Assembly: GCF_006345805.1 (NCBI RefSeq)
Contig: NC_043007.1
Location: 2,046,001-2,110,000 of the forward strand
Source: Octopus sinensis
Taxonomy: Eukaryota
Reading direction: 5' to 3'
DNA length: 64,000 nt
Program-made: the position numbers and the translations under genes
In this document: positions 13,943-26,735 of the stretch, one piece after another
Layout: every line of letters begins with the position of its first letter
Position numbering within the stretch: position 1 is the first letter of the stretch
Notes under the pieces: generated by a model
What the model was told of the DNA's origin: nothing
Seen by the model: only the letters and a program-made list of their open reading frames with translations
The model's database searches: none

Positions 13943-14999
13943 GAAAAATAAATTTGTCAATCTACTTCATTTTGGTTTAATATATAAAGGATTGAGGTAA
14001 CTCCTCCAGAAGATATAGAGTCAAAATTAAAAGAAGAGTGCCATTATTATTATTATTATTATTATTACTCAGGTCACTGCTTGGAATCGAACTCGGAATC
14101 TTGGGGTTAGTAACCTGCGCTCTTAACCACTGCGCCATATGCCCGTGGGATGGAGGGTATATCAGCTGAAACGTTGTGTTAACAACAAAACAAGATGAGG
14201 ACAAATATCCGTCAAATGTAAATAATGTAAATAATGTACATAATTCCTCATCTCTTAAATATAGACCTGTTCTGACAATTTTATTTTAATATTATACAGT
14301 CTAACTAATTACATTCCAGTGCTTCCATTTCCTTCCTGAAACACAATACAGGCGAATTCTTGGACCCAGTCTTCAGATGTTTGATTGTTCTAATAATAGT
14401 GTTAATTAAGCCATCATTCATTATACTAATAACAAATTTGCCGTAACAGATAAAACATGGTTCAAAATAAAAGCGAATATTTCTGGTCTGTTTGCAACAT
14501 TTTCATAATGCTAATAGATTTTAATGAGTTATTAATTGACAAATCATTATCCTAAAGTCCTGTGTATAAGCTTCACTAAGCTGCGTTATCGTTTTCCATG
14601 TTTTATCAGCCAGAGAGGAAGATGTTGAGGAACATAGGAATCGTTGTTGCCTGTTCTTTATAGATGTTAAGCATCTGTGAAGAATCCGCTGCAAAATTTT
14701 CACATCAGCGTCGGTCTTTGAAAATGTGTATTTCTAACAGGTATTTAAAATCAATTTATCCTGCCTGATTGCAACGGATGGAGATGCCTCCAATGTGTTT
14801 GATATCGGCGCTTTCATGCTATTTGTCTCTGACAGCGAAATATCAACATTTCTTGAAGCATCATGATATATAAACTGATAGAGGCTGGTGTTTGCTGAGA
14901 TTTACGCTGCAGTCAAAGTTTCAGCAGCTGACAAACTAATGAATCAAGACTGCTGGAAATAGCAGGCAAAATCCCTCAAATCACACTCTTTTCATCTTC

Positions 15000-15290
15000 A
15001 AAAGAAGATGATGGGTTGGATGGCATGGATTGGATGGTTCGACCAGGGTCTGGGAAGCCAGGAGGCTGCGCCAGGCTCCAGTCTGATCTGGCAGTGTTTC
15101 TACAGCTGGATGCTCTTCCTAACGCCAACCACTCTGTGAGTGTAGTGGGTGCTTTTTTCGTGCCACCAGCACAGGGGCCAAAGGAGGCTGGCAAATGGCC
15201 ACGATCAGTTGGTGCTTTTTATGTGTCACAGACACAGACATCAGTCGGGTAGCGCTGGCATCGGCCACATTCGGATGGTGCTTTAAAAAA
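15000..15290 (-). mobile_element. family C element
   Basis: ggatgctcttcctaacgccaaccactctgtgagtgtagtgggtgc motif. Confidence 0.8.
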
Positions 15291-15784
15291 AAAAACAGGA
15301 CTCTCAGAAGTGGAGTACTTTTGATCATGAGCTTGCTTAGTCAATGTTTAGCTGGGGGTAAAATGTTAATGATTGAATTTCAAATCTAAAAACTTTATTT
15401 TAAACTTTTTACTTAAAACAAAACTAAATTTCTAAGTTCAAACCCTGCCAAAGTTAATTTTATGTTCCATTTCTCTGGGTTCTAATAGGATAAAAGCAGA
15501 TGTCAAGTACTGTGTTGATTTTATTGAGTAACCCCCTCCCTCAAATTTCAGGCCTTTTGCCTATGTAAAGAACAAATGTTGTTGTTGTTGTTGTTATTGC
15601 TGCTGCTGTTGATGATGATGACGTTGCTGTTGTTGTTGTTCAAATGCTACTGAGGTCAACTTTGCCTTTCATCCTTTCAAGGTTGATGAAATAAGTACCA
15701 GTTTCGCACTGGGGTCAATGTAATCGACTACTAACCCTCCCCCAAAATTTCATGCCTTGTGCCTATTTAGTAGAAACGATTATG

Positions 15785-15847
<63 letters not shown>

Positions 15848-15860
15848 CATTATTATTATT

Positions 15861-16165
15861 GAGTGAGAGAGCAGTGCATGCCATCAAAGTGACACTGGGG
15901 TACAGTCATACGAAATCCAGTATACCCATCATGACTACCCGTCTGATAAGGGTGCACCAGGCACATTCATCACAGCCATATGTGCGCAACATAGTGATCT
16001 CATATCAAGATAAAAAGCTCCATGAGCTTGCAGGTGGGGCCCAGTTAGAATTTTCTTCTGGTCGAGTAACCCATCCCGCTCAAAAGGTCTCTGAATAAGG
16101 ATTGTTTAAGGATGTTGAATGAACCACCCATGTTTCCAGAGGTGAATTATTCAAACCCCAAAGAA
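15861..16165 (+). mobile_element. (TAA)n-flanked interspersed repeat family G, partial
   Basis: starts directly after a (TTA)n tract; reverse-complement match to 57400-57690. Confidence 0.8.
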
Positions 16166-16799
16166 TCCCTCTCATCTCTGTTGATAGTGCCTACTGACAT
16201 CACCAATTAACACAACCAGATTATTTATTATTTATTTGATCAGCTACCTAAATGCAACTAAACATAAATTAAATAAACACCTGACATGTTATGACTAATT
16301 GGTATTTTATTTGATTGCTATTCTGAATAATGACTTTCTTCTTTCAATGGACAATTTTTCAGAAACTGTCACCACAACCATTAAGATTCTGTGGTAATTA
16401 GACTTACGGATGTTGTTTCCATTGAAATAAATAGCTGACTTGTAAATATGTCCGATCATTTCAAATATCGAATCATTTGGGGGGACTTTTTTTTTTCTCT
16501 CTTGCATTTATGAGTCTGTTTATTAAGACTGTCGTTAACAAATATCAACCACTAATTCATTTAATTAAAATATTTTTATAATAAAAATGAAAATATTAAC
16601 ATTAATAATTATATAAATATATTAATATATATATAAAAATATATACACAGACACACACACACACATGTATATACATATATAATTATATATGTGTGTGTGT
16701 ATGTAAATGCTTATATATATATGTATGCACATATATAAGTATGCACATATATAAGTATACACATATGTGTATGTATATACACACACACATATATATAAG

Positions 16800-16838
<39 letters not shown>

Positions 16839-17287
16839 GTGTGTGTGTGAAAGTTGTCTTAGACAATTATTTAACTTTGGAAATTCTGTGCAATTATTTT
16901 CCATTTCTAATTTCATCATCATCATTATCATCATCATAGACAAAAGTTGATAATCTTTTTCTTGCTTCTGTATTTTACCTGCAAGCAGATTTTTAACTTT
17001 AATTTCTTAGAGATTTCATAGGTGTGTGTGTGTGTGTGTGAAAGGGATAATAACAAGACATTTAATGTAACCGAAGTTATTCTACAATTGGTAACAAATC
17101 AATGAATAGGATTGCATTACTCTTCTAGTTTTAGAAGGAAAACAAAGAATTTTCAGGAAGAAAATGTGTCAGATTACTTTCTTCAGACAGTAAATATATG
17201 TGCCTGTTTATGGGTGTATCTACATTCATATATATTTATTTTATTTATATATATATATATGGATATATATATATATAAGGGGATATA

Positions 17288-17352
<65 letters not shown>

Positions 17353-18137
17353 CTATATCTGTATATATGGATATATATAAATGTATACATATATATATGG
17401 ATATGTGTGTGTGTGTGCATGTAATTGTATAGATATTAATTTTTGTTGAAGCTAGAGACTGTTACTCCAAGTTTAGAAGCTTGGAGTAATGACTTGTGAA
17501 GTTTTTCAACTTCAATAAAATAAATTTCGTTTTTTGACTCTGCCTTCATATCAAGTACCATGTTGTCCAACTTGTTTTTACACTTGCAGCTTTGCACACA
17601 CATGTGCACGTATACTATGCACCTACCCAATATTTCTTCGTATATCTCTGTTTCGAAATCCTGTTAGAAATATTTCTAATTTTTACACACCAAAGGAAAT
17701 TAATTAAATTTAACGATTAAAAACTGATAAAATATTACTGTATTCTAAATAAGTGAAGATATACATTTCTAATTGTTGTGTTATATTTTTCTCATGCATA
17801 TCTTCAAAACACTGCTACAGAAATTACATTAAGTCTTATAAACATTTCCCTCTTTGATGCAACTCTCAATGAGGTTGCTTTTTACTTATAGTTAAATTGT
17901 ATATTCTTGTAATCTTCGTTTACTCCTTGGTGTCTTTTACACTTCAAAGAACTTCATTATAAACGCATAAAACAGTTCACAAACAGTTCAGACTAGAAAT
18001 TATTTACTTTTGTTTTAAATTGATGCTGGACTTCTCAGCTGGAGCGCTATAGGTTCAAATTTGCTGGACTGCTTGGCTATAAGTTCAAATCTTAGCTACA
18101 ATCTTTTTTTGTTTTTTTTTGTTTACTTCATCATAAG

Positions 18138-18448
18138 CAGGCATGGCTGTGTGGTAAGAAGCTTGCTTCCCAACCACATGGTTCCCAGTTCAGTCCCACT
18201 GTGAAAGCACCTTCGGCAAATGACTTCTGCTATAGCCTTGAGACGACCAAAGCCTTGTGAGTAGATTCGGTAGACAGAAACTGAAAGAAGTCGATTTTGC
18301 CTTTCATCCTTTCAGGGTCAATAAATTAAGTACCAGTTGTGCACTGGGGTCGATGTAATTGACTTAATGCCTTTCTCTGTCCTTGTTTGTCCCATCTATG
18401 TTTAGTCCCTTGTGGGCAATAAAGAAATAAGTAACTAAAAGAAGCCTG

Positions 18449-18495
<47 letters not shown>

Positions 18496-18650
18496 TGTGT
18501 GTCTGTGTTTGTCCTACCCCCCCCCCACCACCATCACTTGACAGTTGATGTGTTTACAAAGAATAAGTTCTGGGGTCGTTTCATTCGACTGAAGGCAGTG
18601 CTCCAGCATGGCCACAATCAAACGACTGAAACCAGTAAAAGATATAAACA
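18138..18650 (+). mobile_element. SINE family A with nested SINE family B segment (about 18290-18430)
   Basis: family A head and tail interrupted by gtcgattttgcctttcatcc...aataaagaaataag. Confidence 0.75.
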
Positions 18651-19459
18651 AACAAGCACTGAATACTTTTTGGTTTCATTTGCTTAACTGATTATAAGCG
18701 CAAACATAATTTCCCTTTCATTTCATGAATGGATCGTTAACAAGATGAAAGAGCAGGTAGATGTACACAAGGCATTCATCCTTAGTTTTGTTATTTGGTT
18801 GTTTTGTGTGTGTGTGTTTGTTTTATTTCAGGTTATTACCTGTTGTGTTCTATTCATGAAGTACTCTATCATTTCAAACAGCTCACCTTTACATATATAT
18901 TTTCATCATTTTCTTGACCCCTTTATTATATAATTTGATACAATTGTCATTGTTGTTGTTGCTATTATTATTGTCTTGGAGATGGGAAACTGGCAGTTCC
19001 ATCAGCACCCTCACCAAAATGCTTAGTGCTGTTTATGTTTTTGAGTATTTGTGTTCTGAGTTCAAATGTCACTAAGGTCAACTTTGCTTTTCATTCTTTC
19101 GAGGTCAATAAAATAAGTACCAGTTGATCACTGGGGTGGGGGTCAATGTAATTTATGAAGCCAATTCCCCTAAAATTTCAGGCCTTGTGCTTATAGTAAA
19201 AAAGATAAGAATGGTGATGATGATGATCATGATAAGGATGGTGAATGATGAACTTATTAGAGTGTGGGCCAAATGCATTTTGGCTCTTTTCATTCTGAGT
19301 TTAAAGTCATCCTTTTCTGGCTGATGTTATAAGGTGCCAGTTAGGTACTGGAGTTGGTGGAATAAACTAAACCTTTCATCTTAAAATTGCTATACTTCTG
19401 CTTGAATTAAAAACCATTATTATCATTATCATTATAATATTCATGTAATATTTTCATCA

Positions 19460-19862
19460 TCATTGTTATTGTTTAACGTCTGCTTTTCATGCTCGCATGG
19501 GTTGAACGATTTGACTGAGGACTGGAGAGCCAGAGGCTGCACCAGGCTCAATCTGATCTGGCAAGGTTTCTACAGCTGGATACCCTTCCTAATGCCAACT
19601 ACTCTGAGAGTGTAGTGGGTGCTTTTTACGTGCCACCAGCATGGGAGCTAGTCAGGGAGCACTGGCATCGACCACATTCGGAAGGTGCCTTTTATATGCC
19701 ACTGGCATGGGAGCCAGTTGGGGCCACTAGCTTCGACCACGTTTCGAAGATGCTTTTTACATTCCACTGGCACAGGAGCCAGTGGTGGTGGTAGTGGTGG
19801 GGGCACTAGCTTCGACCACATTCGGAAAGTGCTTTTTATGTGCCACCAGCACGGGAGCCAGT
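19460..19862 (-). mobile_element. family C element with internal tandem duplication
   Basis: three repeats of cgaccac(a/g)tt..ga.g.tgc.tttt..gtgcca. Confidence 0.75.
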
Positions 19863-20562
19863 TTGGGGATGTTAACAAATCCAATTTTTCTGATTTTACT
19901 TACTTGTCCTTCCAATTCCATGAATTTTTAAAAAAGGATTTTTACCCATGCCCAGTTTCCAGGAACTCCTCTTTCCCAGTATCTCCCTCACTCTCTCCTT
20001 CTCCCTCACTCTCTTGAGCCGACCTATCATTTACTTATCCCGCTATTCTCTGTCTTTAATTACGCTGTCATCTGGCAAAGCAACCACATTTCTGACATCA
20101 CGTGCTCTACTTTCGCTTTCCTTCTTTCCCTCTCTGGTAAATTTGCACTCAGAAATTGCATAGTTCCTAGCAATGGTTACTTCAATAATTGCTTCTGGAT
20201 GGCATATTACTTTTTATCTACTAATCCCCCCCCCATCACACTTAACCACCATGCATCCTCTTACACACATTTTGTGAGGCATTTTTCTTTCTTTTTTTTG
20301 CACATATATAATTGTATTCATCACAGTTATTACGACGAAATTGTGTTTCGTTTTCACTGTGTGTTTTATTTCCATGACATATTGGACGGCTGTAATCAAA
20401 CTCGGTTATTGACAGAATTTCTGCAGTATATGAATATGCAATTACCTTTTGCTCATTTTTTTTCGTTTGATTTGTATTGGGTGACAGACGAATGCACCAG
20501 AGAAATGCGTGGTTCTGGGTGGGAGGGAGTGGAGTAGAGAGTATTTAAAAATCATCATCATT

Positions 20563-20980
20563 GGCGTAGGAGTGGCTGTGTGGTAAGTAGCTTGCTCACC
20601 AACCACATGGTTCCGGGTTCAGTCCCACTGCGTGGCATCTTGGGCAAGTGTCTTCTGCTATAGCCCCGGGCCGACCAATGCCTTGTGAGTGGATTTGGTA
20701 GACGGAAACTGAAAGAAGCCCGTCGTATATATGTATGTATATGTGTGTGTGTGTGTATATGTGTATATGTTTCTGTGTCTGTGTTTGTCCCCCCAACATC
20801 ACTTGACAACCGATGCTGGTGTGTTTAGGTCCCCATAACTTAGCGGTTCGGCAAAAGAGACTGATAAAATAAGTACTAGGCTTCCAAAGAATAAGTCTTG
20901 GGGTTGATTTGCTCGACTAAAGCCGGTGCTCCGGCATGGCTGCAGTCAAATGACTGAAACAAGTAAAAGAGTAAAAGAGA
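20563..20980 (+). mobile_element. tRNA-derived SINE family A, full length
   Basis: ggcgtaggagtggctgtgtggtaag head to gaaacaagtaaaagagtaaaagag tail. Confidence 0.9.
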
Positions 20981-20989
20981 ATCATCATC

Positions 20990-21364
20990 ATCATTATCAT
21001 CATTTAACGTCCGTTTTCCATGTTGGCATGGGTTGGACGGTTCGACTGAGGTCTGGAAAGCCAAGAGGATGCACCTGACGCCAGTCTGATCTAGCAGTGT
21101 TTCTACAGCTGGATGCCCTTTATAGCACTCCGTGAGTGTAGTGGGTACTTTTTATGTGCCAGCCTCATATGGCCCCTGTGCCAGTAGCACATAAAAAGCA
21201 CCCACTACACTCACAGAGTGGTTGGCGTTAGGAAGGGCATCCAGCTGTAGAAACACTGCCAGATCAGACTGGAGCCTGGTGCAGCCTCCTTGTTTCCCAG
21301 ACCCCGGTCGAACTGTCCAACCCATGCTAGCATGGAAAGCGGACATTAAACGATGATGATGATG

Positions 21365-21365
<1 letters not shown>
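20990..21365. mobile_element. two oppositely oriented family C elements
   Basis: 20990-21130 minus and 21150-21365 plus, forming an imperfect inverted pair. Confidence 0.75.
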
Positions 21366-21417
<52 letters not shown>

Positions 21418-22412
21418 CACCATCATCATTATTAAGGTGATGAGCTGGTAGAATCATTAGCACACCTGACAAAATGCTTACCAGTATTTTGTCATCCTTT
21501 ACGTTCTGAGTTCCAGTTCCACCAAGGTTCACTTTGTCTTTCATCTTTTGGGGTTGGGGAAATAAAAAGCAATTGAACACCAGGGGCAGTGTAATTGACT
21601 TCAACCCTTCCCATTGGGCTTGCTGGCATTGTGCCAAAATAAGAAAGAATTGTTATTATCGTTGTTGTTGTTGTTGTCCACTTTTGTGTCCTGTGTCGAA
21701 TTCTCCCAAGCTCGACATTGCCTTTCATCCTATCAGGGTCGATTAAAATACATACCGGTTGTATACTGGAGGGTTGATGTAATCAACTTGACTCCCCACC
21801 AAAAATTTCGGGCCTTGTGCCTGTTGTTGAAGGAATTATTGTAGTCCCTGGAGGAATTGGTCAACTCATTAGAGCATTAGGCAAAATGCCTTCTGGCATT
21901 TGTTCTAGGTCTTTTGCATTCTGTGTTCAAATCCTGACAACGACATCTTTGTTTCCTTTCCCTCCAAATAAAATGAAGTATCAATCAAGTGTTGGGGGGT
22001 TGAGGTAATTGTCTAACTAACCCAACAGCTCAGAATTGCTGGCCTTCGGCCTACATTAGGAATTAAATTGTAGGAGACTTGGCCATTATTAATAATTGGT
22101 GAAGGATCTGTTGTCGGTTTTGCAAGATTAAGACGGTATGAAAGAAGTGAGGAAGAAGTGGTGGGTGAGATTGTACCTGTGGTAAGAGAGTATGTGATTA
22201 AAGGTGATGAGAAACAGGTAATTAATGTAGACAAGAAGATTGAATTAAGTCCATGAAGTTCACTGGTAAAAGCTAAAATTTAAGGTTAAAAATAAACTTA
22301 TTACACAGAGCCAAATTTTTCTCAGAGCTATGAAAATTGCCTTGGCTATTTGAGGTGCCAAATATTTCAAAAATTCCTTGAAAGCACTATTACTTAAGGT
22401 TTGCTAGGCATA

Positions 22413-22455
<43 letters not shown>

Positions 22456-23386
22456 ATGCATGTACTTTTTTGTGTTAATTGAAATTTCCATTAGATTCTT
22501 CAATGTATTTGCTAACTTAGCTAGTCTACTTTTGATCTAGAGTTTCCCCTTTCTGACCTCAATGTTGTATCTTGAAGCAAGTTTTGGCAACTACCAGTTT
22601 CTTCAGCGCCTTTGTTTGTCACTGTTTTAGTGTTACTGGTTTTCTATTTTGTTGCAATTGAGCAACATAAACTACAATTCCAAATCTATTAATTCAAATT
22701 TTGGTATTCCTGTCGGGAATAATTTACGAAACAACTGTTGACAAGGCAATTTAGTCTTACAAGCAACATTAGAGTGAAGGTATGTTTGGGCCTGTATGTA
22801 TGAGTAATTGTATGTGAATGCAAAACATGTATACATGCATCTGTTGAACATGTTTTTCTTTATATTTTACAGCTTTGAGCCAAGTCTTTCCATTGGAATT
22901 TTTACCATTTCCATTTATTTTTCTTAAACGAATACATGTGCTAAATATCTTCTGATTTTCTTTTACTCACATTTTTTTTATCTCTTCACATGATTTTCTA
23001 AGTTTTTATTGATATTATTCTGTGGGGTTTGGTCTCTTTCTCATAAATTTTCTTTACTTTTTACATTTATTATATTTTTTTATCCTGTTTTGCAATATCT
23101 GGAATAAAGGCTTTCCCAGTTTGGACTGAATCCTTAGCATTTATCTTCTGGATTTTATTTCTCACACTTTAAGTAACTTTCTTGGATTTCTTGCTTTCAT
23201 TCTTCCTCTCAAAAGTCCCCTACACTCAAAAGTGTAATCATAAGCTGCTACATTTCCAGACAATTCCTTAAGCTCTAGAATTACTGACTGATGATTCTTA
23301 CATCAAAGAATTTTCATTATGATTCAAATAGATTCTGATCTTTTAAAACCTTCGTTCTTTCTTATCAACTCCAATTAATCCTTTAA

Positions 23387-23606
23387 CCCTTTTGATACCA
23401 ACCCGGCTGAAATTGCCTCTGGCTCTGTTGTACAAATGTTTTGTTTTCATAGGTTCTGAATTAAAATCTTCCACCAAACCTTAGTCACAATTTATGTTCC
23501 TAACACTAGCTTAATGATAACTAAGTTATTTTACTAAATTCTTTGTTATATACAAAATCAATTGAAAGAAACAGAGCATCTCAAAATAAATACAGTAACG
23601 AAAGGA
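23387..23606 (+). mobile_element. piggyBac-type MITE family 2
   Basis: TTAA+CCCTTTTGATACCA start; body matches 1192-1413; degenerate right end. Confidence 0.85.
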
Positions 23607-24517
23607 TGAAATAATTCATCAATGACTTCTGTTTCATATGTGTGTATACACACACACACACTCCTCTAACCACTTTTTCACTCTCCTTTTTTTATTCTTC
23701 TATATTTTTCATCTGCTGAAGGACTAGTGTCCAAAATGTCAAGACATTTTCCCTTCCTTTTAAGCATTGAACTACTCCAAAAAGTGTTAAAAGCTAGTCT
23801 CTCCTGGGTTGTCTCCTTTCTTGTTTGTCATCTCTGATTTCCTAATGTATTCTATATTCACTTGTATATAAGTTGCACTGTTTTATGCTTGATTTTAACT
23901 GAAAATCTGAAATGCAACACCTACTCAAGTATATATGGTGTGTATGTGTGTTTGTGTGTGTATACACACACACACACATGCATACACACACACCATATCT
24001 GTTTGAGCATAAGTGCCCCCCACCACCACCACCAGTCATGTAACGACATCTGTGCTTTTCTTTTGACTATTCTTTTCCTTCTCTCCAGATCTTTGTTCTT
24101 TCTGATGAAGACCCATGCTCAAAATGTCACGGCTCCTCTTCTTGCCATCTTAAACACAATAAATTCACTGTCAAATTCCGCCAAGGTCGAATTTGCCTTT
24201 CATCCTTTCAGGGTCGATAAATTAAGTACCAGTGTGTGTGTGTAGGTATATGTATGAGACCCAAAATCTATTTTCTTAAGAAAACAAAAACTGATCACAG
24301 GAACATTTTATTCCACGTATTAATGCAGCTGCTTTCCAGAGACTGTTATAAAGAGATTTATGAATTACTATGACTAATGCTACCACTTGGCTTTCAGTAA
24401 TATCTTCTTGTTATTTGCTTCGGAAACATATATAAAGTACAGCACGGCCATAATAAACTTTGCATCATTTTAATACTAAGAATATAGGCTTTAAACTTTC
24501 TCTTATATTTATTTCAG

Positions 24518-24646
24518 GTTGACTGGATAACAATGAATTTTGTACCATTTTCTGAGAAGACAATTGAACTGGTCATTGAATTATATCGGAACACTGCCAA
24601 ACACCCGGCTGTCATACAAGCCCATGTTCTTCAACATATAATAAAG
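24518..24646 (+). CDS. MON2: MON2 internal exon (first visible), VDWITMNFVPFSEKTIELVIELYRNTAKHPAVIQAHVLQHIIK
   Basis: tttcag acceptor, AAG|gtttgt donor, 129 nt, phase 0-0; matches the recalled vertebrate MON2 segment [43 protein letters not shown]. Confidence 0.95.
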
Positions 24647-25029
24647 GTTTGTACTTTAGTGTATTGTTTTTTTTTTTGTTTTCTGTCTCCTTTCTCTCTC
24701 TTTTTTTTTTTTTTTTGTAAATTTAAATTATAATGATATATTAACTGTCAAAAAAATTTTCTTCATTTCTTTTACATTGTGATTTTCAAAGTATGTAGTG
24801 AATTTGTCTTTGTTGAGATTCAAGGAGAGACAAAGAAGATGGTTTGGAAAACTTCCTCAGTGGCGTTTCATCTGTCTTCACGTTCTCAGTTCAAATTCTG
24901 CCGAGGTCGACTTTGCCTTTCATCCTTTTGGATTAAGTACCAGTTGAGTACTGGGGTCAATGTAATTAACTGTCCCCCTCCCCCAAATTTCAGGCCTTGT
25001 GCCTATAGTGGAAAGAAAGAAAGATTATT

Positions 25030-25379
25030 ATTATTATTATTATTATTTTATGTTTGACTTTTGCTTTGCATTTGTACAAGTTGGCTCCAAGAGACTTCAA
25101 GAGACAAGCTAGAAATTCATGTTGGTGTTATGCCTAGGGTGCCATATATTTGGTTTTGTACATAGTATTGTTCTAGAAAATGTTTTTTAAAAAAACAACA
25201 AAATTATAAGTTTGTTTTAAACTTTGAGATTACATAGACATTATTTTACATAGGATTTGGGCAGTTCCTATGAGCACTATCTTTTGAATTTCTGCCATTT
25301 TGGGGTCTCCTGGTATCTGAGCTAGGTAGCAATCAGCCCATTTTGCTCTCATTTCTTGGGCACCTATGACAACAGGTAT
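25030..25379 (-). mobile_element. 3' end of an R4/Dong-like (RLE) non-LTR retrotransposon
   Basis: minus 25379-25230 translates IPVVIGAQEMRAKWADCYLAQIPGDPKMAEIQKIVLIGTAQILCKIMSM*, resembling the PVVIGALG / IQK.VL.GTA.IL C-terminus; 3' UTR abuts (TAA)n. Confidence 0.75.
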
Positions 25380-25744
25380 TGTTTTTCGTCATGTTTGTTT
25401 GTCCGTGGACAAGATATAACTGCTGGATGGATTTGGATGAAACTTTCAGGGATGTTTGGCCTTGTGACTGACAAGCTCATTAGATTCTAGAATCAATTCA
25501 GTACTGGACAACAATTCTGGATTATTTTTCCTATCTTTTTACTTAATTTTTGAGACCAGTTGGGTTCATTTTTAGTATTCTTGTTTGTTAGAGCAGTTGA
25601 GTTGATTTCAGATATTCATATTTTAAAAATCATCTCCAGTCAATCGTTGAGAGGACGTTGGTGTTGCCTTGGCAGAAGTTTGTGCCCTCCGAGTGCTCTT
25701 ATTCATCATCATCATCATTGTTTAATGTTTGTTTTCCATGCTAG

Positions 25745-26156
25745 CATGGGTTAGACAGTTTGACCATGGGTTGGATGGTTCGACATGGTTTGGATGGTTC
25801 GACATGGGTTGGACGGTTCGACTGCATGGGTTGGACGGTTCGACTGCATGGGTTGGACAGTTTGACATGAGTTGGACGGTTCAGCATGGGTTGGATGGTT
25901 CGACATGGGTTGCACGGTTCGGCATGGGTTGGACGATTCGGCATGGGTTGGATGGTTCGGCATGGTTTGGATGGTTCGACATGGGTTGGACGGTTCGACT
26001 GCATGGGTTGGACAGTTTGACATGAGTTGGATGGTTCGATATGGGTTGGATGGTTCAGCATGGGTTGGATGGTTCGACATGGGTTGCACGGTTCGGCATG
26101 GGTTGGACGATTCGGCATGGGTTGGATGGTTCGGCATGGGTTGGACGGTTCAGCAT
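25745..26156. repeat. 19/22-bp minisatellite CATGGGTTGGAYGGTTCGR, 21 units
   Basis: counted directly; unit equals a segment of family C. Confidence 0.95.
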
Positions 26157-26617
26157 ATATATATTAATATTGTTATGTTACAGATAATGGGTTCTTCAAA
26201 GTCGTAACAAGCTTTAACTATTGAATAACAACCATTTTTCTTGTAACTCTGCTACCTTCCAAGTAGACATTCCATTACGGCACCGACATTGGCATTTCGA
26301 ACCATAAGTTAATAATCACAACCATTAGTTAGAAGTCTCATATACGAACCACTTTCACCTGTAAAACATGATATTATGCTGTTCGTATTATACAACCATG
26401 ATTATGACTACTGTAAAAGTTTGATGTATAGATCCATTTATATTCTCATGTGCCTGGCATTTCTAGGAAATGGTAAAAATTGTATGGAAAATAAAATCTT
26501 GTTTGCTGATTTCCATTAGAAATATTCGTTTTTATGTCTTGAATGCTCACCTTTACTTTCTAGGTAGTAAGTTTTACTGATTGACTTTATTTTTTTTTTG
26601 TCTTTGAATTTTTGCAG

Positions 26618-26735
26618 GCATTCAGATTACCTCTTGGACTCAAGTATGGCTGCCCATCACCAACCACCTGGATGCTGTCTATAAATGCTCTCCTTACAAT
26701 TCTTAACATTGGTTTACCAGTCGCTAGAAAACACG
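26618..26735 (+). CDS. MON2: MON2 internal exon, AFRLPLGLKYGCPSPTTWMLSINALLTILNIGLPVARKH
   Basis: ttgcag acceptor, G|gtaag donor, 118 nt, phase 0-1; matches [39 protein letters not shown]. Confidence 0.95.

Larger units (their letters stand above)
13564..14265 (-). mobile_element. tRNA-headed, hammerhead-bearing retroelement with inverted copy of its 3' tail
   Basis: minus strand: A box TGGCGCAGTGGTT (14125-14137), B box GTTCGATTCC (14083-14092), (AAT)n linker, tail with HHR; 14151-14265 is an inverted copy of 13564-13665. Confidence 0.8.

Noticed and set aside
14068-14146. tRNA gene candidates (also 27400-27485 and others)
   Set aside because: A and B boxes are present but no acceptor stem or cloverleaf; they are SINE heads
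14740-14870. LIATDGDASN, resembling a hAT transposase TDGA motif
   Set aside because: Single short motif; flanking conserved blocks not recoverable
22074-22256. 60-codon open frame after an AG (ETWPLLIIGEGSVVGFARL...)
   Set aside because: No recognised family; does not fit the MON2 sequence expected upstream
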